Assembly: GCA_043228905.1 (NCBI GenBank)
Contig: JBHGNT010000005.1
Location: forward strand, 5,828,001-5,892,000
Length of the DNA: 64,000 bases
Direction of reading: 5' to 3'
DNA from: Azolla caroliniana
Lineage: Eukaryota > Plantae > Polypodiophyta
The position numbers were made by a program, and so were the translations under genes. Below, one piece after another: positions 1-12,118 of the stretch. The stretch's first letter is position 1, and the number at the start of each line of letters is the position of its first letter. Below the pieces are notes generated by a model. That model searched no databases. It saw nothing but the letters and a program-made list of their open reading frames with translations, and was not told the DNA's origin.

Positions 1-999
1 AGATGCACCATGGCCACATCCTCAAATAGACTGTAGAAAACGATGGGGATATTCAACTTGACAACTAAATGAGTCATGTGATGATGGATATCTAGGCCAA
101 GAACCTTCTCAAGGACATAAAAAGGAGGGGGGGGGGGGGGGGGGGGGGGGGCTACATCCACCAAGCTTGAGGAGAATGAAGAAAATATAATCCTTTTGTT
201 ATATAGGTGATCCATGACATAATTCACATTCAAGTGCCATGTTGGGATGACAAGATCAACCACACCTTATTTTGGGTATTCAAGTTGATGTTTACCGTAT
301 TGGGATGATGTTAGTAAGGACCAGTGTCAACCATTTCTCATCTTACTAATTAAATACTAACGGCTTCTATAAACTACTCAAGAGTCACCTCAATTTAAGT
401 ACTTGTTCTAATGCCCAAGATTCACCAATGTCATAAAGCATATTGAAGTTCTAATGTGTCGATTCATTGAAGTTTAGTAGACCTACTTCTATGAGTTTTC
501 TAAGTATGAAAACTTGTTGAAATCGATATCTCATTATTGTGGCTCGTTTGAAATTTAGTGCATGTCACCTAAACAAGAAATATTCATATGTCCATGATAA
601 AAAGTACTTGGATTGACATTTTCAAGCTCATGACTATACTGAAACCAATAGTAAGCAAGAACCTCATCAACCATTGAGATATCAACTAAACACGAACAAA
701 ATCAAAGGACACGGTCAATCAAAGGGATACAATAAACACAATACCTAACCTTCTCCAATGCAAGATGATGAGCAACACGATGATTAATTGTACAACCTTC
801 ACTCATTGGTGGTCATGTGAAAGAATTCCTTTGCTTTCATATAATCGTCTCTCCTTCAATTGGAGTTCAACCAATTTTGCATTGTTTCTTAGTTGTCTTT
901 GCCATAAGTTTTTTGGCTTTGGTTGGTTGACCGATATTGGTTAAGTGGAGTGCTATATATCACTTGTATGCTCGACTTCTACAACTTTCTGCTCATAGG

Positions 1000-1287
1000 T
1001 GTTGGCATAAAAGGCCGACTCCTTCCACTTTGTATCTTAGTGTGAACATGTCTAAATAGTTAGTCCTTAGTAGATAAGCTCTAACCTAACATTGTAATGA
1101 TAACCTTCTTGTATCTTGAGTCTTTGAGAGTGTAAGAGTTATAGAATAACGAGAGCTTCCATTAGAGCTTGAACAATGTCTACAGTTCCATCATTTTCTT
1201 TTGTCACACTCTCTGTGTTGTTTGTTGTGCACATAACAGACAAGTCCCCACATACTTCCGCATACATCTAGAACACAATATCCATCA
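1000..1287 (+). repeat. 5' LTR of Copia element
   Basis: Starts TGTTGGCATAAAAGGCC and ends CCATCA just before the tRNA-iMet-type PBS. The first ~140 bp are repeated at 4303-4446. Confidence 0.88.
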
Positions 1288-1387
1288 ACTGGTATAAGAG
1301 CGACTTGTTGTTCAGCGGCAACAAAAACATCAAAGACAACTGAAAGAAAAGACCAGATCAGTAAAAATCTCACTTTCAAAACAGAAC

Positions 1388-3835
1388 ATGGCTTCAACAT
1401 CCGGTACAAAGAGTTGAAATCCGAAAGTTCGATGACAAAAACTTTGCCTTGTGGAAGGAGGTGTTGCAGGATGTGTTGATCATCAGAAGACAGGTCGAAG
1501 CCATTCGACACAGTGAAAAATATGCTTCGATGATAGGCGAAGAGTGGAGATCCATAGACGAAATAGCGTGCCCACCATCTGAATGCATCTGGTAAAAAAT
1601 GTCTACTTCAACATGGCCAAGGAGATGACAACATTCTCGTTATGGGAGAAGCTTTCGGCTGTGTACGAAAAGATATCCTCATATTCGAAATTGATACTAG
1701 TCAGACAACTATTCAACAATGAGAGAAACTAATCCAACCACCTCCCACATCAACACCTTCAGTCGGGTGTTGTCTTACCTCTCCTCCCAAGGGATTCACT
1801 TCAAAGAAGAAGTTAAAGCCCTTGCCCTCGTATCGAGCTTGCCCGCGAGTTGGATGTGTTCTGCACGACCTTCGCCAATAGCAGCCCTAGGCTGAACTTG
1901 GATGAAACAATCGGCCAAATCCTCATTGAGGATATTCCGCGAAATTTGATAGGATTCACCGTCAACGAGTCGGCAGAAGCCCATCACGCGACCGAGTTGG
2001 TTGACCAACATAGTCGATTGAGAGAACAAGCCAACAAAACCGGTCGTAACACTAGTTGGCTGAGAATGAGGGGAGACCGACAACGGTCGAAGTCACGAAA
2101 TATCTGACCAAGTGATTTCTACACACATTGTAGAAAAACCAATCACAATGTTTCTGATTGTTGGTCAATCAAGAGGAAAGAGAGTGGACGACGATTCGAG
2201 CGGAATCGAGGACGATTTGACTTGAACCACTCTCTAGTCGGCAACCAAGTCAATGTTGCCGACACCTGATCGGGAGAAAACCTCTCCTTAGAGGACTCAA
2301 TGATCGGAGAAGTCCTCTACAATGCGCAAGATGCACATATGTGGTTGTTGGATTCTAGTGCCACATTCCACGTTGTCGTGAAGAATCGCGGCCACCGTGT
2401 GAAAGTCTAGTGAAACGGGCGGAAATGGCGAAGTGCACCATGGGCACATGTACATGAGAAAATGTATATAGAGGTAAAGAGAGGACTATAAGGTGTTAAT
2501 GTGTAGTAAGGGTTAGGGTCCCTTGTAAAGGGGTCCTCCACTTTTGGGTTTCTTTAGGGAGCTCCGTTTTGGTTGAGATACCGTTATGGTGGAAGGCCCC
2601 ACTCGCTCTTGGGAGTCCGTGAGCTCTCCAACTAGCGGCTTGACTGTAGACTCACGGTATTCTATTGTGGTGATTGATCGGTTCGGTGTCGGATGCACAG
2701 GTTCTTGTAAAAACATATATATAAACGGTTATTTGGTTTCATGTCATTTTGTGTTGTTCGTGGTGTCCATATCTCCCCTTCATTACCGGATCCGGAACAG
2801 TGTATGTGCGTGTGAATTTCTCTCTCTCTCTCACTCAAATCTTTCCTATGCATACCCTCTGACCCATGTTTATATACTCGACAATTGGCTGATGAGTCCC
2901 GGATATATCTGATCCTATATGTCAACGACATGCTGATTGCTAGGAGCAATCAAGCCGAAATCAGAAAGTTAAAGCGGAGCCTTCACGACAAATTCACGAT
3001 GAAGGAACTTGGACAAGCCTAACACATACTGGGCATGGGGATCGAGCAAAATTCAACAATGAAGAATCTCCGATTCTCCCAATTCGACTACATCCGAAAG
3101 GTGATGAGGTGCTTCAACATGGAGAACGCAAAGCCAACACCAACTCTGCTTCCAATGTCGATCCGACTATCGGACAAAGATTCTCCTTCGACGGAACAGA
3201 CAAGGAGAGAGAGCTCAATGGAAATATACCCTACACATCAGCCATAGGAAGTATCATGCACGCAATGGTGGCGACCAGACCCGATCTTGCATATGTTGTA
3301 GGGGTCGTCAGCCGGTACATGTAGAACCCATGATGGAAGCATTGGGAGATCGTCAAGCACATCTTCAGGTACCTAAGAGGAACCGAAGATGCACAACTGA
3401 CTTTCGGAGTGACAAACTTGATTGAAGTCGAAGGCTACACCGACTCCGATTACACTGGGAATTCGAACAATTGGAAGTCGACATCGAGCTACATCTTCAC
3501 CTATGGTGGCAACACCAAATCATGGAGGTCGAAGCTTCAAGAGTGCACGACCTTGTCTACCATAGAGGCGGAGTAGGAAGCGATCTGGTTGCACCGACTG
3601 ATTGTTGACTTTTCGGCTAAGAGCCGAATCAACCGACCAACGCCGACCATCTATTGCAACTCATAGAGCACAATACACCTCATCAACAACCTTGTCTATC
3701 ATGCCAAGATGAAAAATATCGAGCTGCGGTATCATCACATCCAAGGTGAACATCGAGGAGCTAGTAATCGAAAAGAAGCTCGAAGTCCGAAAGATCGACA
3801 CCAAGGTGAACATCGTCGATTGCCTGATGAAGCCA
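1388..3835 (+). pseudogene. Copia gag-pol remnant (frameshifts and stops; integrase and N-terminal RT missing)
   Basis: VEIRKFDDKNFALWKEVLQDVL (gag, ~1410); YTHCRKTNHNVSDC (degenerate CCHC, ~2120); WLLDSSATFHV (protease, ~2342); IYLILYVNDMLIA (RT, ~2905); PYTSAIGSIMHAMVATRPDLAYVVGVVSRYM; GYTDSDY...WRSKLQECTTLST (RNaseH, ~3435-3570). Confidence 0.9.
2374..2883. mobile_element. Solo LTR of a different family nested in the Copia element
   Basis: About 510 bp of non-coding sequence bounded by TGTCG...CGACA. It interrupts the host between the protease motif and mid-RT. Flanks CACGT/ATTGG do not form a TSD. Confidence 0.65.
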
Positions 3836-4302
3836 CATGGAACTACAACAAGCAACCGAGCAAAAGAAATCCGAACAAGGAGCTGAAGGGAAGTCGAAAA
3901 ACAAGGGATTGAAGAAACAACATTGAGCAAGGGATACAGACTGGAGAGGAAACAATTGAGAGGTGAACAAAGTCGGATACAGATCGAGGATCCAACGAGG
4001 AGCACAAGAGCAAGGACGAGCGGACGACAACCAATCGACACAAGGCCGAAATAGAGAATCCGACAAACAAGCCAATTGGAACGGAAGACGATTGGAACAA
4101 GTCGATTCGACCAACTCGAACCAGTTGAACCTTGAGACTAGTCAAACTAAGGTAGACATCGACCTTAGCTTTGCGGACTCGGATATATGCCGAGTGACTT
4201 GTAACATAAATTTAGATTAATTTTGTATTCTAGGTTTGTTGGCAAGATAACCCCCAAATCACTTGTATATGTAGGAAAGAGTAGTCCTTTTACGGGGGAG
4301 TT

Positions 4303-4446
4303 TGTTGGCATAAAAGGCCAACTCCTTCCACTTTGTATCTTAGTGTGAACACGTCTAAATAGTTAGGGCTTGGTATATAAGCTCTAACCTAACATTGTAA
4401 TGATAATAACCTTCTTGTAGCTTGAGTCTCAGAGAGTGTAAGAGTT
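4303..4446 (+). repeat. Truncated 3' LTR of Copia element
   Basis: Direct repeat of ~1000-1140, preceded by a PPT. Similarity ends abruptly at GTAAGAGTT. Confidence 0.88.
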
Positions 4447-4725
4447 GGAACCACGAAACTGTTGGAACCAAAACAGTTAAAAAAAAAAAAACACAAACCA
4501 TTAAAACCACGGTTTGGTGGTTTGATGGTTCGGTTTTAGTTTTCAACTTAGGTCAAAATTCAAATTTAAAATTTAAAATTTTCAAATATTCAAAAGTTTA
4601 AAGATTTTCCTATAAAATGGAAAAAATTGTTTTAAAAAGAAAAACTATTAAACCGTTTAAACCGAACCGTTATGCCGTGGTTTCGCTGTTCGGTTCGGTT
4701 CAAACCGAGCCGTTGCCGACTGTTA
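4447..4725. mobile_element. One-ended hAT-type MITE (same family as 19532-19943)
   Basis: AAACCG/CGGTT subterminal repeats. Right end CGAGCCGTTGCCGACTGTTA matches the right TIR of the 19532-19943 element. Left end absent. Confidence 0.75.
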
Positions 4726-5130
4726 ACCATGGCCATGGCCATGACCATGATACATAACAGAACAGCCTTTCCCTTGGTGCGCCGCGTCGGTGGGGGCCAG
4801 CCTCGCTCACTCACTCACTCACACACTCGAATTTCACGTACATAATGAATAGACTATTTATTATGTATGTATATAGTACATATATACTGTATGTATATAG
4901 TACATACATACTATATGTATATGTACATACATACTGTATGTATATGTACATACATACTGTATATGTATCTAAATGTTTGGCATTAAATCCGAGAAAGAAT
5001 TCAAACTTTATTGCTGGCTGCTTCTGGTTACTGCTTGCTGCTTGCTGGTCTGCTCTGCTACGCAGGTTATGGTGTTTTAAGTCGGCTATCCTGCCTGCCT
5101 GCCTGCCTGCATATATCCAGCTGCAGGGCC

Positions 5131-8100
5131 ATGGCATTGCCTACACCTTCCCCTCCATCTCATGCCCACCGCTTCCTGCTCTCATGCTTTTCTGTTTATG
5201 TCCTCCTCCTCCTCTTCACCTCCTCCTCCTCGGGCCTCCTGCACCACCAGATCCATCTTCTAGGCACTGCAGATGCAGCTGCACCTGCACTGCAGCAGCT
5301 TTCAGCTTGCGAGAATGCATCATCTCCCAGCTTCTCCTATGGCTTCTGCAACCAGTCCCTCGCAGTCTCTGCGAGAGTGGCGGACCTGGTGGCCCGCTTG
5401 AGCTTGCAGGAGAAAGTAATGCAGCTCATAAACTCTGCACAGGGCATCGCTCGCCTCGGCATCCCCCCTTACCAGTGGTGGAATGAGGGCCTCCATGGGG
5501 TCTCCGACTCAGGCCCAGGCGTCAGTTTCCGTGCAGACGCAGGATCCAATAGCATCACAGGAGCTGTTAGCTTCCCCCAAGTCATCCTCTCTGCGGCCTC
5601 ATTCAATACCTCGCTCTGGAAGGCCATTGCACAGGCATACTTTCCACAATATCTTCTTTGCCTACCCTAATGTATCTTCTTCTTTTAAAAAACAAAAACT
5701 CGGCCGACAGAGCTTCGATTGTGCTTATTTGTGATTATCTGCTGCTCTTGAAACCCTAGTTTTGAGAATGTGACCTAATGTTTTCAGCTTACGATCATGA
5801 ATGTTGCAGGCTGTATCCACTGAGGCCAGAGGAATGCACAATGCAGGGCTGGCTGGTTTGACCTATTGGAGCCCCAATATCAACATCTTCAGAGACCCGA
5901 GGTGGGGGCGAGGCCAAGAGACGCCAGGGGAGGATCCTTTGCTTACAAGCAGCTATGCCATTAATTTCGTGAGGGGTCTGCAGGATGTCGATGCTAACTA
6001 TGAGGGAGCTGCAAGGCAAGGCTCTGATGAGCTCAAAGTGGCAGCTTGTTGTAAGCATTACACTGCTTATGATCTGGAGAACTGGGAAGGTGTCACAAGG
6101 TTCGATTTCAACGCAGAGGTAGCATGTCTAAAAGGAAACTAATCTGTGACCTAAATTTGACCTGTTGATCAGCATTTGAAGGTTTTTCTTTTCTGTTTCC
6201 TTTCTTCCTTTGAGAGGGAGGGAGAGAGGAATGTCCAAGTGAATAATGTTTTCTGCAGGTTACACAACAAGACCTTGCCGACACCTACCAGCCTCCTTTC
6301 GAGAGCTGTGTTGTGGAAGGCAATGCTGCCTGTGTCATGTGCTCGTATAATCGTGTAAATGGGGTGCCATCTTGCGAAGACAAGGATCTCTTGCTGGGCA
6401 TTGTAAGAGAGAAGTGGGCCTTAAATGGGTAAGCAAATTGAAGCATGAAAATTTCCAGTATTGTATTCAAATCTGTTGAAAGATAGATCTTATCCTCCTC
6501 CTCCTCCTCCTGGTTCAATTGGAACGTTTTCCTATCGTAGCATGATGCCTGGACTCTGAGAATAGCGTCTCTTTGATGGACTCAGGTATATCGTTTCAGA
6601 CTGTGACGCAGTGGAAGTAGCATATGATGATGCTCACTATACAAGAACACCCGAAGATGCTGTGGCCAATGTTATCCTTGCAGGTAAAGATCATTTGTTC
6701 CTTCCATATATCACAAAGAGCTATTTTCCTAGTATCAAAGAAGGTACATGGAGTGGAGTTAATTCAACACACCTTTTCTTCCTGCTTTACATAACAGGTG
6801 TGGATTTGAACTGTGGGGTATTCCTAGCAAATTACACTGTCAAAGCTGTGGCTGAAGGCAAGGTCAGTGAGAGCAAAGTGGATGAAGCCCTATCACACTT
6901 GTACACTGTGCTAATGAGGCTAGGCTTCTTCAATGGAAATCCGACCTCCCAGAAACGCTTCGGGATGCTTGGCCCTTCTGATGTGTGCACCGAAGATCAC
7001 AGGGAGCTTGCACTGCAAGCAGCAAGGCAGGGTATTGTCCTTCTGAAGAACAATGCATCAAGGAGTCATGACAGTAGTGCCCCGGTCGGCCTCCCATTTT
7101 CTCGGAGCAGCATCCAACGGCTTGCAGTCATTGGGCCCAATGCTAATGCTAGCTATACAATGATTGGCAATTATGCTGGTAAGATTAGCTCGTGATAAGA
7201 TTTTGTAGACATTTTTTTTTGCATGACCATGATTCCTACAAAAGCAGCTATGGAAGAAGTGTATGATGTTGAACAATTGAACAACGATAATGATAATAAT
7301 AGCAGAAAGACAAGGGATCGAGGTCCTAGCGATCTGCTTGTTTGTGTGAACCACTACTTCATGGTTTTGTTCTTATCACACTGCATATGTGGCTCATGGG
7401 TAATGCATATGCAACCCTTGAAGGGACAATGTCACTTCTCTGCAACGGACATTTATGAAACAATGGTCTTCGTCACATTCTACAGTTGGGAAACAAAATG
7501 AAGCGCTAAATCACGACGTTTTAAATGGAATTCTTGTCGATGACGCAGGAATGCCATGCCAATACACAACACCATTGCAAGGGCTGGGTGGATATGGGGC
7601 AAACATTGTTTATGCTCCAGGGTGTGCCGATGTGGCATGCAACTACAGCAATCCTGCCAACATGGAGGAGCAGGAGAAAGCAGTAAAGGCAGCCATGGGG
7701 GTAGATGGGGTGGTGCTGATCATGGGTCTGGACCAGTCCCAGGAGAGGGAAAGCTTGGACAGGAAGAGCCTGAGCTTGCCAGGGAGGCAGCAGGACTTGA
7801 TTCTGAAGGTGGTTGGGACTGCCTGCGGCAGCAGCAATCATGCAGGCAGTTGTCCAAACATTGTGCTGGTCATCATGTCTGGTGGCCCCCTGGATATTGG
7901 TTTCGCCAAGAATCTACCCCACATCTCTAGCATTATCTGGGTGGGCTATCCTGGGGAAGCTGGTGGTCAAGCCCTTGCAGAAATCATCTATGGAGACTAC
8001 AACCCAGGTATGTCTGATACGCAACATGTGCATGCAATACATACATTATACATGTATGTATACATACATTATGCATGCATGTATACATACATTATGCATG

Positions 8101-8202
8101 CATGTATACATACATACATACATACATACATACATACATACATACATACATACATCCGTACATATTCATGCATGCATCCATGTATGTGCATCCATGCATG
8201 CA

Positions 8203-8233
<31 letters not shown>

Positions 8234-9384
8234 TGTTGTGATGAACTCCACATGCTGCTTGAGGAGGGGAATACTTATGTTGGTTATAGTTACACTCACT
8301 GGCATCATTTGGCTAACAATGCTTCTCATATTGGTTGGAATAAATGTAGTGCAGCTGGACGGTTGCCCATGAGCTGGTATCCCGAGAGCTACACCTATAA
8401 GATGCCCATGACAGACATGCACATGAGGCCCAATTCTGACACGGGGTACCCGGGCAGGACATATCGGTTCTACACTGGTGAAACCATCTTTGAGTTTGGG
8501 GATGGGCTCGGCTACACCAGCTTTTCACACTCCATCAGCTCCCTCACCCCAACCCATATCATTTTATCAATGCAACAATCATCCCAGCACTCCTCCGAAA
8601 TTGGTAACTATGATTCTCTTCCCTCTTATTACCTAGTTCCTTCAAAAACCACACAAAGTTGTAAGATGGGCCTAGTGATTTGGGCAATTTCTCTATGAGC
8701 CCCAGGTTGGGAAAACAAGGGGCTACCCATGATGATCTTCACATGACACATTGCTGTTTTTGGTTGTTCAATAATTTCACATCAGTTTGGAAAAATCAAT
8801 CATACACTAAAATGCTATCTCCATTTGCATGAAATTTGCTATGCATTTGCTCCCTCCCCACACAAACTTGAACCTTTTGGCCACGAAGAAAACAAAGATA
8901 AAAATTAGTATATCTGGAGCTTGGTTTTCTCCACATGGATGAAATCTATTTAGTTAGTAGTATTATATAAACATTGTCTTGCTTCACAAGAAAATACGTC
9001 TTCTAAATGCTTCTGAGTTTAGTTATCTTTCATTTTTTTGTAGCCACAGATTTCCATGTGAATAAACTCAAATGTGAGGAGCTCCACTTCTCCATTAAAA
9101 TCAAAGTAAAAAATGTTGGTGACATGGCGGGAGATCATGTGGTAATGTTGTTGTGGAATCCTCCAACCGCGGCTATTAGTAAAGGTGCTCCAAGGAAACA
9201 ATTGGTGGGATTTGAACGCATCCATGGCTTGCATCCTCAAGAAGAAACAGACATTTTGGTTGACCTAAATGTATGCAAGCACCTTAGTTATGCTCATGAA
9301 GAAGCTAATAAGGTTGTAAGCATTGGCATGCATACGATCACCGTTGAAGAACTTGAACATCATTTATTTGTTAGCATTGCCTAA
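5131..9384 (+). CDS. Glycoside hydrolase family 3 beta-D-xylosidase/alpha-L-arabinofuranosidase (BXL-like), 8 exons
   Basis: Exons 5131-5634, 5810-6118, 6259-6428, 6586-6683, 6798-7178, 7549-8007, 8355-8603, ~9044-9384. Signal peptide. Motifs [49 protein letters not shown] (nucleophile), [10 protein letters not shown], plus a C-terminal Fn3-like domain. Intron 1 is GC-AG. Confidence 0.95.
8030..8232. repeat. (CATA)n/(CATG)n compound microsatellite in BXL intron 6
   Basis: Seen directly; it generates spurious HTYI ORFs. Confidence 0.9.
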
Positions 9385-9399
9385 GGAGGAGGATGCTAT

Positions 9400-9540
9400 T
9401 GTTTCGTATCCATGTCATGCATACTCAAGAAGAAGCAAACATTGTGGTTGGCCTAAATATATGTAAGCACCTTAGTAAGAGCTAAAAAGCTTGTAACTGT
9501 TGGTATGCATATGATCACTGTACAAGACAGAACATTCCAT
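9400..9540 (+). pseudogene. Degenerate tandem duplicate of the 3' end of the BXL last exon
   Basis: ATCCATGTCATGCATACTCAAGAAGAAGCAAACATTGTGGTTGGCCTAAATATATGTAAGCACCTTAGT aligns to ATCCATGGCTTGCATCCTCAAGAAGAAACAGACATTTTGGTTGACCTAAATGTATGCAAGCACCTTAGT at 9220-9290. Similarity continues to ~9360. Confidence 0.8.
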
Positions 9541-11685
9541 TGCGTAACGTAATGGACAATGTTGAGGTTTGTCACCCACCGGTTGTGAAAAGTGGTGACA
9601 TTTGTAATGTTGTTTGTTAAGGTAAGCAATCAGCTTGCATGCTCTTGGATAAGACAAAGCATGAGTTTTTTTATCAAGTCCAGTATGACATTTGGTGAAC
9701 CAGTGGTAGGTGCCCAACCCAACCAACCCACTATGTGTGCCCTGATAATCCCACTTTCAAGCAACTTGTTAGCCTAGTATGTCGATGAATAACCACATGC
9801 TTAGGATGTTATGCATACCACTAAATTAAACATGCTTTTCTCGGATGAGGTCATGATGCACTTGGTCCTGGTCTCTTCGACAGTCTGAAAGTAATTGGAG
9901 TTGCCCTTGACTTATATAGCTTGTCCCTATAGACTTACATTAAATTCTTGTCTCCATCCACAATATCAAATACACTGTCACCCTTGCTTGTACACATTGC
10001 ACAACTGTAAGGAAACCATAAGAAACAAGGGTTCGTAGAACATGGTTTGTTTGTTGGTATCACTGAATGAGAATAAAAGAACTCCCTATAACATCAAAAT
10101 TGTGGACCCCCCCTTCCAAACAATAAATACATGGGTATGTATACTCATGCTTATTTGATTACACCTCAGGCTGACTTTGCATGCACACAAGTAGGCCCAA
10201 TCACCTTAATGTGATCATCACCATGTGTGAACACAAGTGACATGAAATTTGTATCCACTACGACTTAGGTTGGACCTTGTTGATCTCATTGCTCACATGC
10301 GATGCATCACTACTATATAGGCAAAGTGCTAGCAATGACAAAACATGCCACACCTACCATCACATGAGTTGTTAATGTATGATGAGGCATTAAGCCATTT
10401 GCGAGGTTAAAAAGTCAATTGTAAGTGATGCATAAGCGGTTAATTAAGATAACATTTACGTGATGTTTGAAGTTGCCTATAAGTGATGATGGTTCATGCA
10501 ATACCTTCCCTTATGAGTAGGTAGGATTTCCTCCTTCATGTGAATCTTAACTTGATAAAAATTTAGACCATTCTTTTCATTCCTAAATTTTTGCAAGGTG
10601 GTTGTTATATCCTACAACTATGCAAGGTGGTTGTTATATCCTACAGCTAGATCCATTGGCTCTTTTTGAATTTGGGATGGATATTGTTTCACTAGCTTCA
10701 TAGTTCTCATTTCTTTGCCAAATTTTATGTATCCATTTCTTTCCCAACCAGTGATTTCATCACGTTACTTAACCTTGAATTCCTCTTCTTCCCCTTTTCT
10801 CATGGGTTAGATAACTTTGTTTTCCTATCAAAACTACATCTGGTAGTTGTACGATCGATGTATTGCAGTGCAATCCTCATTATGTTCACTTTTGGCGTCT
10901 TCAGAGATTATGTTCCATTTCCTATAATGCTTTATGCTCACAAATTTCAACCAAGGTCTTCTTAGTGACATCGGGTATCTCTCCTACATTTCATGTCAAA
11001 GTACTATTAGAATGTAAAGTTGATTATTTGGATCCAAAATAAGAAAGGTTCCCATTTCATCAATCTAATTTGTTTGCTTGTCTTCTCACTATTTGCATTG
11101 ACTTTAGATACACTATCCAATAATACATTGATATTGTCAACCTAAGAATTCGCTTGATGATGACAAAGTGTTTGGGGTGGTTAAATAGATGAGCTACAAG
11201 TTTCCGTTGAATTTCGCCTTCTTTCTCCCCTTCCCTTGGGAATGCACTCTACAAGACCCTTTGTGGTTTGGATAAATCTTTCTACCATTTGTTGGTTGAG
11301 AGGGCAACTTCAAAATTAATTAAGAGGCATGTGATGGGAATCACAGACATACTTCATTGTCAAGTAGCGCATTCCATATTCCACACAATGAATGTTCCAT
11401 TGGCCATGGTCAGAAAAACTGGTCGTCCCTACTCGAAGGTCCTACTTTCTTCATTTCCTACGATCATATATCATTGCCTACAATCATATATGAGCTGAAC
11501 ATTGATTTTGATTCGCGGATTTGATATCAGTTCCTACAATAATATATGAGCTGAACATTGTTTTTTGATTCGCGGATTTGAACCTAGCACTTGGGGCACA
11601 TTTCCGTGGTGTATTTCGAGTCTTGATCCTTGGTGAGTTATATATCTTGGGGAGTGACAATTGTATGTAGAATAATGTGTATATA

Positions 11686-11909
11686 TATAGCATACTCGAA
11701 TGTAGTGGAAAACATTCTTTTAATATACGAATGAAAACGAATGCATATGTTATCTAAACATTTTTATGTTTTTTTTTAACACTTTTTACCTTAAATTTTT
11801 TTCTTACCTTATAATAAATAATGAATACAAAAATATGGCATTTAGTATTTACCATACTTCGAGGGTGTTTACCATACTCGAATGATTGAAACATTTCTCG
11901 AATGCTATG
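11686..11909. mobile_element. End-less copy of MITE family (as 18842-19067 and 46485-46725)
   Basis: Shares ATACTCGAATG..GGAAAACATTC, AAACGAATG, CCTTATAATAAATA.TGAATACAAAA.TATGG and GAATGATTGAAACATT.CTCGAATGC with the 46485 copy. Terminal CATAGTA/TACTATG missing. Confidence 0.75.
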
Positions 11910-12118
11910 GCTCAAATTTCTAACCCTACGGAAACTTATGGTTTCTGCCTTCTTCTTCTTCTTCTTCTTCTTTCTTCTTGTTCAGAGAAGAACACACAGA
12001 CAGAAAAGACAGCTTTTCCCGCCATTCATGAAATTCAAAATTTCCCATCTCGCCCCGATCAGCGATGGAGATTTTAGGAAGTAGCTAGAGACTGATCGAT
12101 CCTGTCGTCTCCGTCGCC

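Larger units (their letters stand above)
1000..4446 (+). mobile_element. Degenerate Ty1/Copia (Tnt1-like) LTR retrotransposon, internally deleted, 3' LTR truncated
   Basis: 5' LTR 1000-1287 (TG...CA). PBS-like TGGTATAAGAGC at 1290. Gag, zinc knuckle, protease, RT and RNaseH remnants. PPT-like ACGGGGGAG at ~4292-4300. A second copy of the LTR start lies at 4303-4446. Confidence 0.92.

Noticed and set aside
127-151. Poly-G tract
   Set aside because: A homopolymer in repeat debris whose length may be a sequencing artefact; no function supportable.
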